From: Eledone cirrhosa
Lineage: Eukaryota
Direction of reading: 5' to 3'
DNA: 64,000 bases
Assembly (NCBI GenBank): GCA_964016885.1
Contig: OZ024742.1
Coordinates: 143,282,001 to 143,346,000, forward strand
The notes below the pieces were generated by a model. That model ran no database searches, was not told the DNA's origin, and saw only the letters and a program-made list of their open reading frames with translations. Position 1 is the stretch's first letter, and each line of letters opens with the position of its first letter. Of this stretch, positions 28,395-42,795 are shown in pieces. The position numbers were made by a program, and so were the translations under genes.

Positions 28395-31300
28395 TTCTTC
28401 TGGTTTTATAATTTCACAAAGTTTTACCAATAGAGAGAGAGAGTCGGTTTCTAACATAGACACAAGACTCTCTCAATGGAATTTACACAACATCAACTAG
28501 GTAGATATGGATGTTATTGTATGTGTGGATGTGTATGTTTTGAGTTGTATGTGTGCATGTGTATATGCTTTGTATCTGTACATGTGTATATGCAGTTATT
28601 AGATGCAACATTTTTGGAATGTTTTACATATTTTTACTGTTCCATTAATGGATTGTACTTGTAATTTCCTAACTAGTTGTGTTCTTTCTGTTCCTGTGAA
28701 GCCTAGCTTCTCAAGATTTGTATTGAGGCAGTTACTAACATATCCCAGTGCCCCAATAATCACAGGCATAAATCTGAAGGTGTAATCAGGGTGGAGTATC
28801 TGCAGATTTCTCATCAGTTCTGCATAAATATTCTCCTTTATCACTAATCTTTGATATTATATTGGCATCTGCTGGACAGCTAATTTCCACTACTGTGCAT
28901 GCTTTCTTCTCCCTGTCCCCATATCATAATATCTGGTGTGTTATGCCTGCATTTTATTGGGGTTTGTACTGGAACATTCCACCAGTACTCTTTCATATTA
29001 TGTACATGGATGTCTTCCAAATTGTTGTAGCTTTTAATGTGTTTATTATCGGGGCTATCTTTTTTACGAACTGCATTGTACAGTGTTTTGGCCACTACAT
29101 CATGCCTCATAGGTAGATAGTACCGCGATGACATCTTTGGACAGCTGCTGATGACATGGGTGATATCCTCGATGTTAGTTCTGCAGAGTCTGCACTTGTT
29201 ATCACATCTAGGTGTTTTGCCTGCATCCCTATCTCTTTTGTGAATCAGGTATTTCGTGCTAATCTCCTGTTCCTGGATTGCAAAAGCGTATCCTTCAAAG
29301 TGGGAGTCAATATAGCGGTTGTTGGTCCAAGATAGACTACTTTCCTTATCTATATTACTTTCACTCTGGAGCTTCCTGGCAACATATCCATGCATGATTT
29401 TTTGCTGATAGGCATGCAGTTTTTCATCTATGGATTCACTGCGATACTGCTGAGCGATATCCCTGGGTGTGAGCTTTTGATTATCACACGGAATATCTCT
29501 CAAAGAGTTCCTTCCCAACTCTCAAGATCTTATCTGTTTCATGCAGATAGACTTGCTCGAGAAACGGGCTCCTACGCTTCGAGGTTCGTAGATGTTGTCG
29601 GAGAGATATGATGTGACATTCAAATGTTGTCTGGACTGATGTTAGGCCTCTGCCTCCCTGCTTACGTTTCAAGTAAAGGTGGTCTATGTCACTGTTGATG
29701 TGGAAGTTTCCGGTGTTGTTCAGTATTTTTCGAGTTCCAACATCAATTGCTCGGATTTCGTCTATCGTCCAATTGAGTATTCCAAACTTTGGTGTTAGGA
29801 CAGGCACAGCAAACACATTGTGAGCCACTGTTTTGTTTTGCGCAGAGAGTTCCGATGACCAGATCTTTCTTAATCGGGTGTAGTATTCCCTGGTTACGCG
29901 TTCTTTATTACAGATACCATTATATGATATGTTCTCATCTATCCCCAGGTATCTGTAGCAGTCCTCATCAGATATCGGTGAAACAGTTAGACCATTGATG
30001 ACAATGTTGCTAGATTGGATTGTTGTTTTTCCCTGCTTTACAGTCATGTATGAGCATTTATCTTCGCCAAACTCCATTCCTATATCCTTTCAGAACGTTG
30101 TAACCAAGTCAAGATTTTTCTTCATCCCATCCATGTTCTTGGCATAGAGTTTCAGATCCACAAAGAAATTATGGGTTAGGTTCGTATTTCTGTCCTCCAG
30201 TGAGCCAATGATGTATCCCTCACAATTCTTGAGCAGAAAGGACAAGGGGTTTTATGACAAGATGAACAATATCACAGAGAGACTGTCCCATTGAAATATA
30301 CCCCTGCAATATTTTATTTTATTAGTGAAATTAGAGTCCTCCCTTTCTGTCTTTAACCTTAGGATAGTAGCCCAAGAAGAAGACAGCTTTTCTATGGCCC
30401 TGACAATAATGCTGAGACTTTAGCAAGTTGGAGGGCCTCTATCATCCAAGAGTGGGGAACAGAATTGAAAGCTTTCTTGTAGTCCAGGCAGACTGTAGCC
30501 ATATTCCTCCTAAGTTGTCGCACCTCCGACATCGCAGTTTTGTTGATTAGGAGTTGTTCAGCACATCCCCAAACCCCTTTCTTTCCAGCTGCTTGTTCAT
30601 CTGTGACGATGTTATTATTTTCACTGTGATCTTGGAAGAATAGGTTCAGGCAGGCTGTATACATCTTATACATCAGGTTGTGGCATGCAATGGGTCGGTA
30701 GCTTTTTGCCAAGTGGGTGTCTTTGTTCTTGGGGACCAGTAATGTTTGTGCTAATGTCAACCATTCCTGTATAAGTGTATCTCTCTTAAGAACTTGTTGG
30801 TAGAGGTCAGTAAGATACCTCCGATACAATATTAATTTTTTGTACCAGTAGCCAACAATCATGTCTCTTCCCGGTGTTTTCTTATCTTGGAGTTTTCCTA
30901 TCACAGTCTCAAGGGTACCCTCACTTATTTCGTATGTTTTTGTTGTAGTGTAGGAGCAATAGTTCTTTCGGATTTCTCTTAGCCACACTGCATCTTGGTT
31001 GAAATTCTTCTTTTCACCCCATATTTTGCTCCAAAAGGAATCTATATCTTTCTGGGATGAGGCCTCAGTGACACTTATTATTTTGTTCTTCAATTCTCTA
31101 TAGACTGATGTTTGGTTTCGTCTGAATCTTTTATTAAGCACTTTTCTCTCATCTACCTTCTTCAGGTATCGGCGTTTTTCGCTAACAGCTCTCAATTCTT
31201 GTTTGAGGGTGATCAGCTTATATTGGAGAGTTCTGGTTCTACTGTTACCAAACATCGTCTCTATTTTATTTTTCACTCTTTGTTGGTGAAGAGTGATGTT

Positions 31301-32460
31301 TTTTGTGTTTGTTTGCATGTAAGAAGCATTGTCACATATCCTATGGGTTTTCGTAGGTCAGCAATCTTTTTTTCTATTTTAGTTATATATGATGGTATTT
31401 TTGGTGGTGTTTTGTTCTTGTTAATATCTCTGTTATCACCAAGATAATGCTGCACTGTCGTTGCTAAGGCATATAAACAGGCGTTGATTTGCCAAAATTT
31501 TGGGGTTTTTATCCGTCGTAAATATTCATCCCCTATTTCGTCAATAACACGTAATATTTCATTATTTGGATTTTTATTAAACATTGTCGTTTTAATACGT
31601 TCAGCAAGAGAGATATTTATACATGAATTAATTTCTCTCTGGAGGATTTCGTTGAGGGAAATTTCCAATTGTTTATACTTTTGATTATTATCATTATCGA
31701 TAGTATTTTCCACAATAGTCGAGGTAGATTCGGATGGTACACGCGGTGTCAAATTTTTTCGAATATTATTATTATCAATAGTGTTTTCCACAGTATTCGA
31801 GGTAGACTTAGATGGTACATGTGGTGTAAAGTTTCTTACAGGCATAGTTGTTTCAAGGCGCTGTTCGACTTGGCTGCTAGGAAGTCTAGTAGCATGGTGA
31901 CCTGTAGTACGTGTTGTTGATCCCATGTTTGTTGTGGGGGACTTACAATTAATAATATTTATCTTATTTTTACGTTCAACAAACGTCACTTGTTGGCGTA
32001 ATTGTTTCCCTGTGAAATAATTTAGCCCTCGGTGCATTTCGTCCCAGTGTAGCTTCATTCTGTTCATATAGCCAATGGAGGGATTGTTTTTTGCCATTTT
32101 ATAACAATTAAATAAATCACTATTAAGTTCGCAACTCCAAGAGAAATGCGATTTATAATTTCGGTTTCTTCTGTAAACACAACTGAATAAAGTTTGTTTA
32201 CTTTTCTTGTTTGTCTTCGATGCTTCCTTAATTTTGTTGTTGATGTTGTGTTCAGCCATGCTGTTTGTAGCAAATCCTTGTAAAATGAATTATGTATTTA
32301 GTCCTATATCTCTACGAATTCGAATAAAAGGTGTCTTCAGAAGATATAGTTAGAAGAATAACCAGTTATTCAACCTGGCTGTAGTTGTGGCATTACTGTC
32401 GGGGATCTTAAATTTAATAAATAGTCTCCCACGCCAAAATATGAGACTGATCACGTTGAC
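28395..32460 (-). mobile_element. Near full-length R4/Dong-clade non-LTR retrotransposon, disrupted
   Basis: N-terminal GYMNRMKLHW region; RT (YRPIAC, EQLLINK, LDYKKAFNSVPH, MEFGEDKC, YRYLG); CRLC..HVISSC..RHD knuckle; RLE PDIMIW and PVIIGALG; CATA repeats at both ends. Confidence 0.92.
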
Positions 32461-32477
32461 TGTCTGTCTGTCTGTCC

Positions 32478-32539
<62 letters not shown>

Positions 32540-32619
32540 ATGTATGTATGTATGTATGTATGTATGTATGTATGTATGTACGTACGTAAGTACGTATGTA
32601 CGTACGCATGTATGAAATA

Positions 32620-33006
32620 CAAGACCTGGCAAAGAGCAGAAGAACTCAGCAGTCAACGGCCATCCAAGTAATACATTTTGTTTTTTTTTTCCATCTCGGA
32701 GTGAAAGTCCTCCAGTTCTTGCCACAACACCTTTCTAGGAGAGGGAAACTCTGAAAAAAAAACCTGCGGCTTCGGAAGCATCCGATGCTGTTGACCAGTT
32801 CTCCTTTTCGGGTAGTGTTTTCGATGCTCAGAGAGTAGGATTGGTCGAGTGCAAGGTCTTTCGCCATTTAATAAACATTCAAAGCACAGACATTGCTTAT
32901 TCAGGATATGTTACAGATTTGCGTGACTAGCCGTAGCCTAAAAATGCACCAAACTCTATAATCTGACAAGCGATTGCAGTAATCTTAACAGAGTTTGCAG
33001 CCATCA
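32620..33006 (+). mobile_element. Short RTE-derived remnants (tail shared with 23660-23705, RTE 5' piece and 3' end)
   Basis: GAAGAACTC..GTCAACGGCCATCCAA tail; CTAGGAGAGGGAAACTCTGA; ends GCAGCCATC-(ATGT)n like the 35230 end. Confidence 0.5.
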
Positions 33007-33093
33007 TGTATGTATGTATGTATGTATGTATGTATGTATGTATGTATGTATGTATGTATGTATGTATGTATGTATGTATGTATGTATGTATAT

Positions 33094-35230
33094 ATGGGCT
33101 AATGAATCCGTACCTGAGGACTGGAGAGATGCAGTAATGGTGGTCTTGTACAAGGGAAAGGGTAACAGGAATGATTGTGGTAACTACAGAGGTATATCAT
33201 TGCTTTCTGTCGTAGGGAAAGTTTTATGTAGGGTGCTTCTGGACCGTCTGTTGACACACATTGCAGATTGTGTTCTTCCTGAAAGTCAATCTGGTTTTCG
33301 TGCTGGACGCAGCACTACTGATATGATCTTCTCAGCTAGACAGCTCCAGGAGAAGTGCATGGAACAAGGCTTGGATCTGTATCAGGTTTTTGTCGATCTG
33401 ACAAAAGCTTTCGATACCGTTAACAGAGATGCATTATGGAAGGTTCTCCAGAAACTTGGTTGCCCTGATAAGTTCCTTGCTTTAGTTAGGTCTTTCCATG
33501 ACGACATGAAGGCTTGGGTTAATGTCGGAGGTAACATGTCGGAGCCTATCTCAGTAAAAATTGGAGTGAAACAGGGGGATATTCCAGCACCGACCCTGTT
33601 TGCCATATACTTTGCAATGGTTTTCTGTATTGCATTCAGGAATTGCGAGCATGGTGTTTACATCCGATATCGAACCTCAGGCAGCATATTTAACATCAGG
33701 CGCTTTGCTGCAAAGACAAAAGTATTTACATCAATTATAAGAGACCTCTTGTATACAGATGATTGCGATCTTGTAGCCCACACAGAGAGTGATATGCAGC
33801 ACATTTTGAATGCATTTTCTGACGCTTGCACTGCCCTAGGATTGACTGTCAGTCTCAAGAAAACCGTCGTCATGTACCAACCTGCCCCTAGTAAGCAGTA
33901 CACTGAACCAAATATCTATGTGTATGGTAAACGACTTGGAGTGGTTGATCAGTTTGTCTACCTGGGAAGCACTGTCAATCGATACAGCAACCTTGACAGT
34001 GAAATCTCACTTAGGATTAGGAAAGCAAGTGATGCTTTCGGAAAGCTAGAAAGGCGACTCTGGGGTCGGCGAGATATATGCAGGAGGACAAAGGTAAAGG
34101 TGTACAGGGCATGTGTGCTCTCTTGACTTCTTTATGCCTGCGAGACTTGGGTCACATATCGACACCACCTTAAGCAATTGGAGTGTTTCCATCAGATGTG
34201 TCTCAGACGGATCCATGGCGTTCACTGGGGGGACCACATCAGTGATGTCGAGATTTTGGAAAGCTCTATGTGTGACAGTATAGAAGCTCTTGTGCTTAAG
34301 CAACGACTCCGTTGGAGTGGTCACCTTGCCAGGATGAAGGATTCTAGAGTACCAAAACAACTCATTTATGGACAGTTGGTTAAAGGAAAACGACCGCCAC
34401 ATAAACCAAAAAAGAGGTATAAGGATTCCTTGAAAGCCTTTCTAAAAGACGCTAACATCTCTGCTGATACATGGGAAAATATTGCTGCTGATCGTAATAA
34501 ATGGAGAAAGACTGTATATGAGGGAAAAGTTGCCTTTGAGGCATCTCGAATCGCATACGAGAAAGTAAAGCGGGATGTGAGGAAGGGCATTGCTGTTGCA
34601 CTTCCAGACGGCGAGGGTCCTCCTATGGTGCTGACATGCAGCGTCTGTGCGAGACTCTGCCTAAGCAAAGCTGGACTCGAAAGTCATCTTCGCAGTCATA
34701 AAGCAAGACCAGTGGTTGACTACCAGGCTGCTGTTGGAGATGTTACTCATCATGCTTGCCAAACATGTGGTAGAGAATGTAAATCAGCAGGAGGGCTCAA
34801 GCGACATGCAAAAGTACACGAACTCCAACCACAGCCGACTATTCCCAGTGAATGTTTTGGTTGCCGACTCTGTGCAAGACATTTTAGATCATTGGCTGGG
34901 CTAAAAAGCCACATTCGATCGCAGCGCTGTTAGTTGCTATCGTGTGTGTGTGTGTGTGTATAGATATGTTTATGTGTGTGCGTGTATGTGTATATATATA
35001 TGTATATGTATATTATTATTGTTGTCGTCGTTATTATTATTGTTATTATTATTATTATTATTATTATTGTTATTAATGTATATGTGTGTGTGTATATATG
35101 TGTGTGTATGTATGTGTATGTATGTATATATATATATTTATTTTTATTTTCTTTTTATTTATTTAATATTATTTTTTTTTTCTTTCTCCTCGTGCAATGG
35201 CCATACTCGATAACGAGGGGGCAACCATCA
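33094..35230 (+). mobile_element. 5'-truncated RTE (BovB-like) LINE with three C-terminal C2H2 fingers
   Basis: RT motifs NYRGISLL, PESQSGFR, FVDLTKAFDTV, GVKQG, LLYTDD. One in-frame TGA at 34124-34126 separates two same-frame ORFs. 3' stem-loop CTCG-ATAA-CGAG, then (TATG)n. Confidence 0.93.
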
Positions 35231-36159
35231 TGTATGTATGTATGTATGTATGTATGTATGTATGTATGTATGTATGTATGTATGTATGTATGTATGTATG
35301 TATGTATGCACGGGAGTGAGAGACGCCTAGTTCTTGTTAGGACATCATTCTAGGAGGAAAATTCCGATGTAAACCTGCGAGTCGATGACAGCCAATGATG
35401 ATGTTGGCCTGCTTTTCTTTTTGGATAACTGTCACCGTTGTTCAGAGAGTGCAATTGGTCCAGTAATATGCCACCCTACATCTTAGATGTATGCTTTATT
35501 CAATAGAAAATCTGAATTCTGACAACCCAGCGAACTAACCATATTCACTGAACCAGAACAATTCTCCCATCCCATTTCTCTTGACCATTATATTTTGCTT
35601 GTCATAAAATTCTTTAAAAAGTCTACAGAATAAATTTCCAAATAAGGGCGCGAAAATTTAATGAAAACTTGTTCACGTGACAGCCATAATTTTATTTATA
35701 ACCAATCAAATTACGTTTATTAAAAAAAAGCCTTCGTGAGCGCCCCCCCCCCCTTTTTTTAAGTAAAAAGAAATTCAAACACTCATATATGAAAAAACAA
35801 CCTGTGCCCCCTCCCCTTGTTTGAAGAACTTTGTAACGCGAACTGGCGCGAAATTTATTATAATTATTGACCAACCAATCAAATTACTTCTCGAAAAACC
35901 TGGCATTTCGAGCCACTTTTTCCATATAAAACAAGTAACATTCAGAGACCAACCAGATGTGAGAAAAACCACAGACCCTCCATCTCAACTCTACTTTTGA
36001 AAAGCAGAAGAACTGCGAAACCGGTAAAGGAACCAAATAAATATATATATTTAAAAAAAAAAAGACTCCAGTTGCATTTTCGATTTCATCTTTTTTTCTT
36101 TATACTTTCACTCGTGTAGGACACCTCGGTTATTTTTCATTTTGTAAAAAAAACCTCAC

Positions 36160-36308
<149 letters not shown>

Positions 36309-36351
36309 GAAAAGTATAGAAATTATTGTAGCGAGAAGCTAACAGTATTCC

Positions 36352-36396
<45 letters not shown>

Positions 36397-36399
36397 CCA

Positions 36400-39300
36400 T
36401 CACCACCGTCACCATCTCCTGTCACACCTACACCCTCTGCCACACCAACTGCTAGTAATGGACCACTGCTCTCTTTCCCACCACAGTTGTCATCATCATC
36501 ATCACCACCAATGCTTTCTTCCTCCACATCACCACCACAGCCATGCCTTAGTCAAAAGAATTATAAAAAAAAAGATCTATGGAGCTGTATGCACCTCCCA
36601 CTACACATACTAGAACCCCCCTAAAATGCCGCTACTCACTACGCCAGAGGCTATGCACATGTAGCGACTGTATATTTACCCATTTACCGGGTACTAGGCG
36701 CACTAACACTGCCAGCCATCACCAAAGCACGCTGCCTGCACGTATAGGTTGCAGTCCCAAAATCTGCCAACATTCCCAACATGAGAAGCTATGTCTGCTG
36801 ACTGACTGTCCCTTCACTCATCTTCCTGGGACCCAACTCACGAACAGAAAAGGGGCTTCATGCCAACACACAAACCACAATAAAGCCACCCCCTGCTGCG
36901 GCAATGCTGCTCCAGTCTCCTCACAAAGACATGATTACAACAACAAAAACAACAAAAGTAATGCTGCTCCAGTCTTTTCACAAAGACACAATTACAACAA
37001 ATACAACAACAACAACAACAAAAGAGGGAACTGCAACCCTATCCAATGTTGTAACCACAAATCCAATCAAAACTGCTCCCTGAACAAAAAAAAAAATCTT
37101 TCTTTTTTAGCTATGAACCTGGCAAAAGAGATAGAGAAAAACATTTTAGCCATCACCCAACACAAACCTTGCTGTCACTAACACACAATCACAAAACAAG
37201 TCCCCGGCAACAGTCAAAACCAGCCACCACACTAGTCACCACATTCTTACTCAATACGCAAGGTATCAGCCCATCGATCAATGCACAGAAATGGAAGATC
37301 CAATTCATTGAGGATTGGGTTGGTAACCATCCATTTCACATCCCCCTCTTCATTCTTACTGAGACCCACCTTGACAACTCCCACTTGGAGGCCGAAGTAA
37401 GAGTGAGAAATTTCGCAACCATCCGTGCGGATCATGTTGGCAGAAGGAAGGGTGGAACTGCCATTTTCCTGCATGATTCCTTTACGGCAGATGACAACAC
37501 AACATTCTCTAATGGACACTGTGAATCAGTCACTGTGCACAATAAAGCCAATGATCTGACATTAGTTGGGCTCTATAGGCGACCTCAAACACCCATAATC
37601 TGTTTCAAAGAATGCCTCAACAGTATTAAATGCTTTATTAAACAGTGCCATTCTAGAAACATATTTTTGATGGGAGACTTTAATCTACCCTGTGTCGATT
37701 GGTCTACATGTAGTTTGAAACCAGGCTCCACAGCCTCAACCACTGACAAAGAGGCTGTCGAGTCCCTTCTTGACTTTATGAATGAGTTTTTCTTGTCCCA
37801 ACTTGTCCTTGCACCAACGAGGCACCAGAAGAACATTCTGGATCTAGTGTTTAGTAACCGCACTAACACTATAGATAATATTACAGTGGAAAAAAACCCT
37901 TCTCTCAGACCATGACATGGTTCTTTGTAACCTGAGATTCCACCAGCCGAAAGTTAATCCCAGGGTCCTCTCTTCAGCCCACCCATTTGATAACATGGAT
38001 CTCCACAATGCCAACTGGGATGCAATTATGAACGAACTATCACATGTCGACTGGTCTTTTACACATGCACACACTTCCACCAACATCAAAACATCTTGGC
38101 AGATCTTTGTAGACACTGTCACAAATATATGTACAAAACACACCCCACCAAAACCTGTGAACAAAACCAAGTGCAGTATCCCCCAAAACAGAAAAACAAT
38201 TTTCAGAAAAATAAAAAGAACAAACAAAAAAATTAACACACTAAAATACTGCCAACAGCAACACACACATTCAATGGCTATCACCCTGCTTGAGTAAAAA
38301 AAATATAACCTCCAGCAATGCATGATGACCATCATCAATAACCAGAGAATAGCTGAAGAGAGGTGGGCCATTGAGAAAATCAAACTCAACCCCAAAGTAT
38401 TCTTCTCATTCGCTAAAAAACACTGTTGGCCCCCTAGATGATGAAAATGGCACACTCCAGGACAATGCCAAAACCATGGGCGAGATACTGCAGAAACAAT
38501 ACTGCTCTGTTTTCAGCAACACTGATATGGCCGGTCTGGGCCGTATCAGTGATATTGACCCCCCAACACACTATATCAGACATAACTTTTGGTGCCCCTG
38601 ATGTCTTAGCGGCAATAAACGAAATTAAACACAATTCAGCAGTAGGCCCCGACAGGTTCCCTGCTTGTGTCGTGGAGGTGTGTCGACACCAACTTGCAAC
38701 CCCTCTTACTAATCTGTGGAGGAACTCACTGGACACTGGCTATATTCCTGAAAACTTTCTGTCCCAGTCCGTTGTCCCAGTCTTCAAAGAGGGAAATAAG
38801 TCCCTTGCTGTGAACTACCGTCCGATCTCACTCACATCTCATATTATCAAGGTATTTGAGAGGGTGGTGAGATCACGAATAACCCACTTTCTTGAAAGCA
38901 ACGGCCTGCTGAACTCCAACCAACATGGATTCCGTCATGGAAGGGACTGCCTAACGCAGCTCCTGCATCACTTTGACGATGTTTTGAGAGCTTTGGGAGA
39001 GGGCTCCAACACTGATGTCATCTACCTTGATTTCAGCAAGGCCTTCGACAGGGTTGATCATAAGATTCTACTGAAAAAACTATCCAATGTTGGTGTCTCT
39101 GGAAGGTTGTTACAGTGGATCAAATGTTTCCTGACAAGCAGAACCCAGCATGTTGTAGTCGAAGGAGTAAAATCAAGCCCTGCCAAAGTCAGCAGTGGCG
39201 TCCCACAAGGCACTGTGTTGGGCCCACTTCTTTTCATCATCTACATTAATGACATTACTGACATCATCAAACACAGCAACATCAGAATCTTCGCAGATGA

Positions 39301-40451
39301 TTCCAAGCTCCAAAGGGTCATCACTGAGGTGGGTGACCGGACTTGCCTTCAATCAGACCTACTGGCTGTTATCCAATGGGCAGAGATGAATAATATGCTG
39401 TTGAATGAGGATAAATTTGAACTAATCCACTTTGGAAAAAAGGATGCCCTGAAACCACCATACTCTCTTCCTTCGGGTGAAACTCTAGTAGCTTCCAATA
39501 ACATCAGAGACCTGGGAGTAATTATGGACAACAATATAAGCTGGGCCACTCATATAAACAGCAAAGTTGATATGGCCCGCAGAATGTGTTCCTGGATTCT
39601 CAGAACTTTCCACTCGAGAGATATCCACACTGTTGTCCTTCTCTTCTCCACTTTTTCCCGACCCCACATTGAATACTGTTGTCCACTGGGGTCACCCCAC
39701 ACGAAACAAAGTATCATGAAAGTTGAAGCACCCCAAAGGTCAATTACAAAAAAGATAGTTGGCATGACAGGCCTTGACTATTGGTGTCGATTAGAAAAGC
39801 TCAAACCCTATTCTCTTTAACGTCGCCGTGAGCGCTACATTAGGGCGGTGAATTGGCAGTATCGGTAGAGGGTTGGACGCCATGCTTTGGCGCATAGAGT
39901 TACGGCCCTTGCCATTCTGAGTTCAAATCCCGCCGAGGTTAACTTTGCCTTTCATCCTTATGGGGTCGATAAAATAAAGTACCAGTAATGTACTGGATAA
40001 TTGCTGGCCTTGTGCCAAAAGTAGAAACAATTATCTGTATGATGTGGAAAATATTCCATCAGCTTTGCCCAAATGATGTTGGCATCACCTTTAGTGTACA
40101 CCCAAAGCTTGGGCTCCGTGCTATCCGCCCACGACAAAAATCCCACTCGCAACACATAACAACAATACGGCACAATTATTTCACCTCAATTGGCCCTGCA
40201 CTCTTTAACATTACACCAAAACACATCAAAGCAGAGACAGACCCCATCAAATTCAAGAAGTCTTTGGATAAATTCCTTCAAGAAATCCCGGATAAGCCTC
40301 CTACACCCGGATATGCCTCCGTAAACAATAACTCTCTGTTCGAGTGGGCCATGGTGCCTAAACACTGATTTGTAAGACTTCGCCAGGTGGTGGTATTAAG
40401 TTAGACATGGCCTGGGCCAATACTGTCCGAAACCTATCAAAGTTATCAAAG

Positions 40452-40453
<2 letters not shown>
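36400..40453 (+). mobile_element. CR1-group LINE (ORF1 remnant with CCCH fingers, ORF2 APE + RT), disrupted
   Basis: LTETHL, GGTAIF, MGDFNLP, NILDLVF (APE); NYRPISLTS, YLDFSKAFD, GVPQGTVLGP, FADD (RT); (TATCAAAGT) tail; frameshifts at A-runs. Confidence 0.9.
39842..40033 (+). mobile_element. Nin-domain SINE inserted in CR1 ORF2
   Basis: Full SINE splitting RERYI|ICMMWKI, with ATTA duplicated. Confidence 0.9.
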
Positions 40454-40505
<52 letters not shown>

Positions 40506-40642
40506 CTTTATATATATAAGTATGAACACGTACATACATATATGTATACTGATGTACAGTAGTATGTATATATATATACATACATGCACACATATATATA
40601 TGTACGTATGGATTCACCGAACATTATTATAACAATATATAA

Positions 40643-40829
40643 AGGGCGGTGGATTGGCAGTATCGGTAGAGGGTCGGACGCCATGCTTTCCAGCATAGTT
40701 ACGTCCCTTTACCATCTGAGTTCAAATCCCGCCGAGGTTGACTTTGCCTTTCATCCTTACGGGGTCGATAAAATAAAGTACCAGTAATGCACTGGTAATT
40801 GCTGGCCTTGTGCCTAAAGTAGAAACAAT
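40643..40829 (+). mobile_element. Nin-domain SINE
   Basis: A box, B box, Nin core and tail present. Confidence 0.9.
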
Positions 40830-41372
40830 TATTATAATGCTCGGTGTGTTTGTAAACAAACATCCCGTATTAAGCCGTAGTGTCTAGCAACCATCGTTGC
40901 TCGTTTGTTCAACACTGACAAAGGAACGCTGTACTAGTTTCAAGCTTATTAGCTATCGTCAGCAACGTATACCTTCCTGCCAAATTGTTGAACGTATATA
41001 CTTACCTTATGCATATTAACGGCTGAGTAGCCCAATTTGCATATCGTGTGGGTTAATCGGCCGGGTGCACCGAAAACGATAAACGGAAAAAAATGAAACG
41101 AAATTTCATTTCCCACTCTTAGTACGGCTGTTACTTAAATATAAGTATGTACACGTACATATATATATGTATACTGACGTACAGTAGTATGTATATATAT
41201 ATACATACATGCACACATATATATATGTACGTATGGATTCACCGAACATTATTATAATGCTACGGTTTAATACGGGATGTTTGTTTACAAACACACCGAG
41301 CATTATAATAATGTTCGGTGAATCCATACGTACATATATATATATGTGCATGTATGTATATATATATATATA

Positions 41373-41464
41373 TTTCAAAAATAATTTTGAGATAGAGTGT
41401 CCGTGTTGTTTGCTCTGATCAGAGCAAACAACACGGACACTCTATCTCAAAATTATTTTTGAAA
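41373..41464. repeat. Perfect 92-bp spacerless palindrome
   Basis: 46-bp arms checked base by base; centre CTGA|TCAG at 41418/41419. Confidence 0.95.
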
Positions 41465-41610
41465 AGCATTTAGAAATGCGCAACCGGTAAAAACTTAAAA
41501 ACTTAAAACCACAACTGAATACTAACCCATACAATTACTAATACTCTTTTATTCCTAATTAAACCATTTTTCAACTGTGAACAATTTGTCAGCATTTTCT
41601 ATTCCGTTTA

Positions 41611-42557
<947 letters not shown>

Positions 42558-42560
42558 TAA

Positions 42561-42744
42561 GTGGATTGGCAGTATCGGTAGAGGGTCGGACGCCATGCTT
42601 TGACGCATAGAGTTACAGCCCTTATCATTCTGAGTTCAAATCCCGCCGAGGTTAACTTTGCCTTTCATCCTTACGGGGTCGATAAAATAAAGTACCAGTA
42701 ATGTACTGGGTATTTGCTGGCCTTGTGCCAAAAGTAGAAACAAT
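42561..42744 (+). mobile_element. Nin-domain SINE
   Basis: A and B boxes, Nin core; TTATTAATAA on both flanks. Confidence 0.9.
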
Positions 42745-42762
42745 TATTAATAATTCTTGAAA

Positions 42763-42795
<33 letters not shown>

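Noticed and set aside
32340-32460. HDV-like ribozyme at the 5' end of the R4/Dong element (also 8720-8880 for the RTE)
   Set aside because: Some hairpins are present, but P1, P3 and P1.1 could not be assigned.
34124-34126. Single in-frame TGA in the RTE as a recoding event
   Set aside because: No SECIS or readthrough context seen, and the copy is truncated with a mutated YADD; an ordinary nonsense change is simpler.
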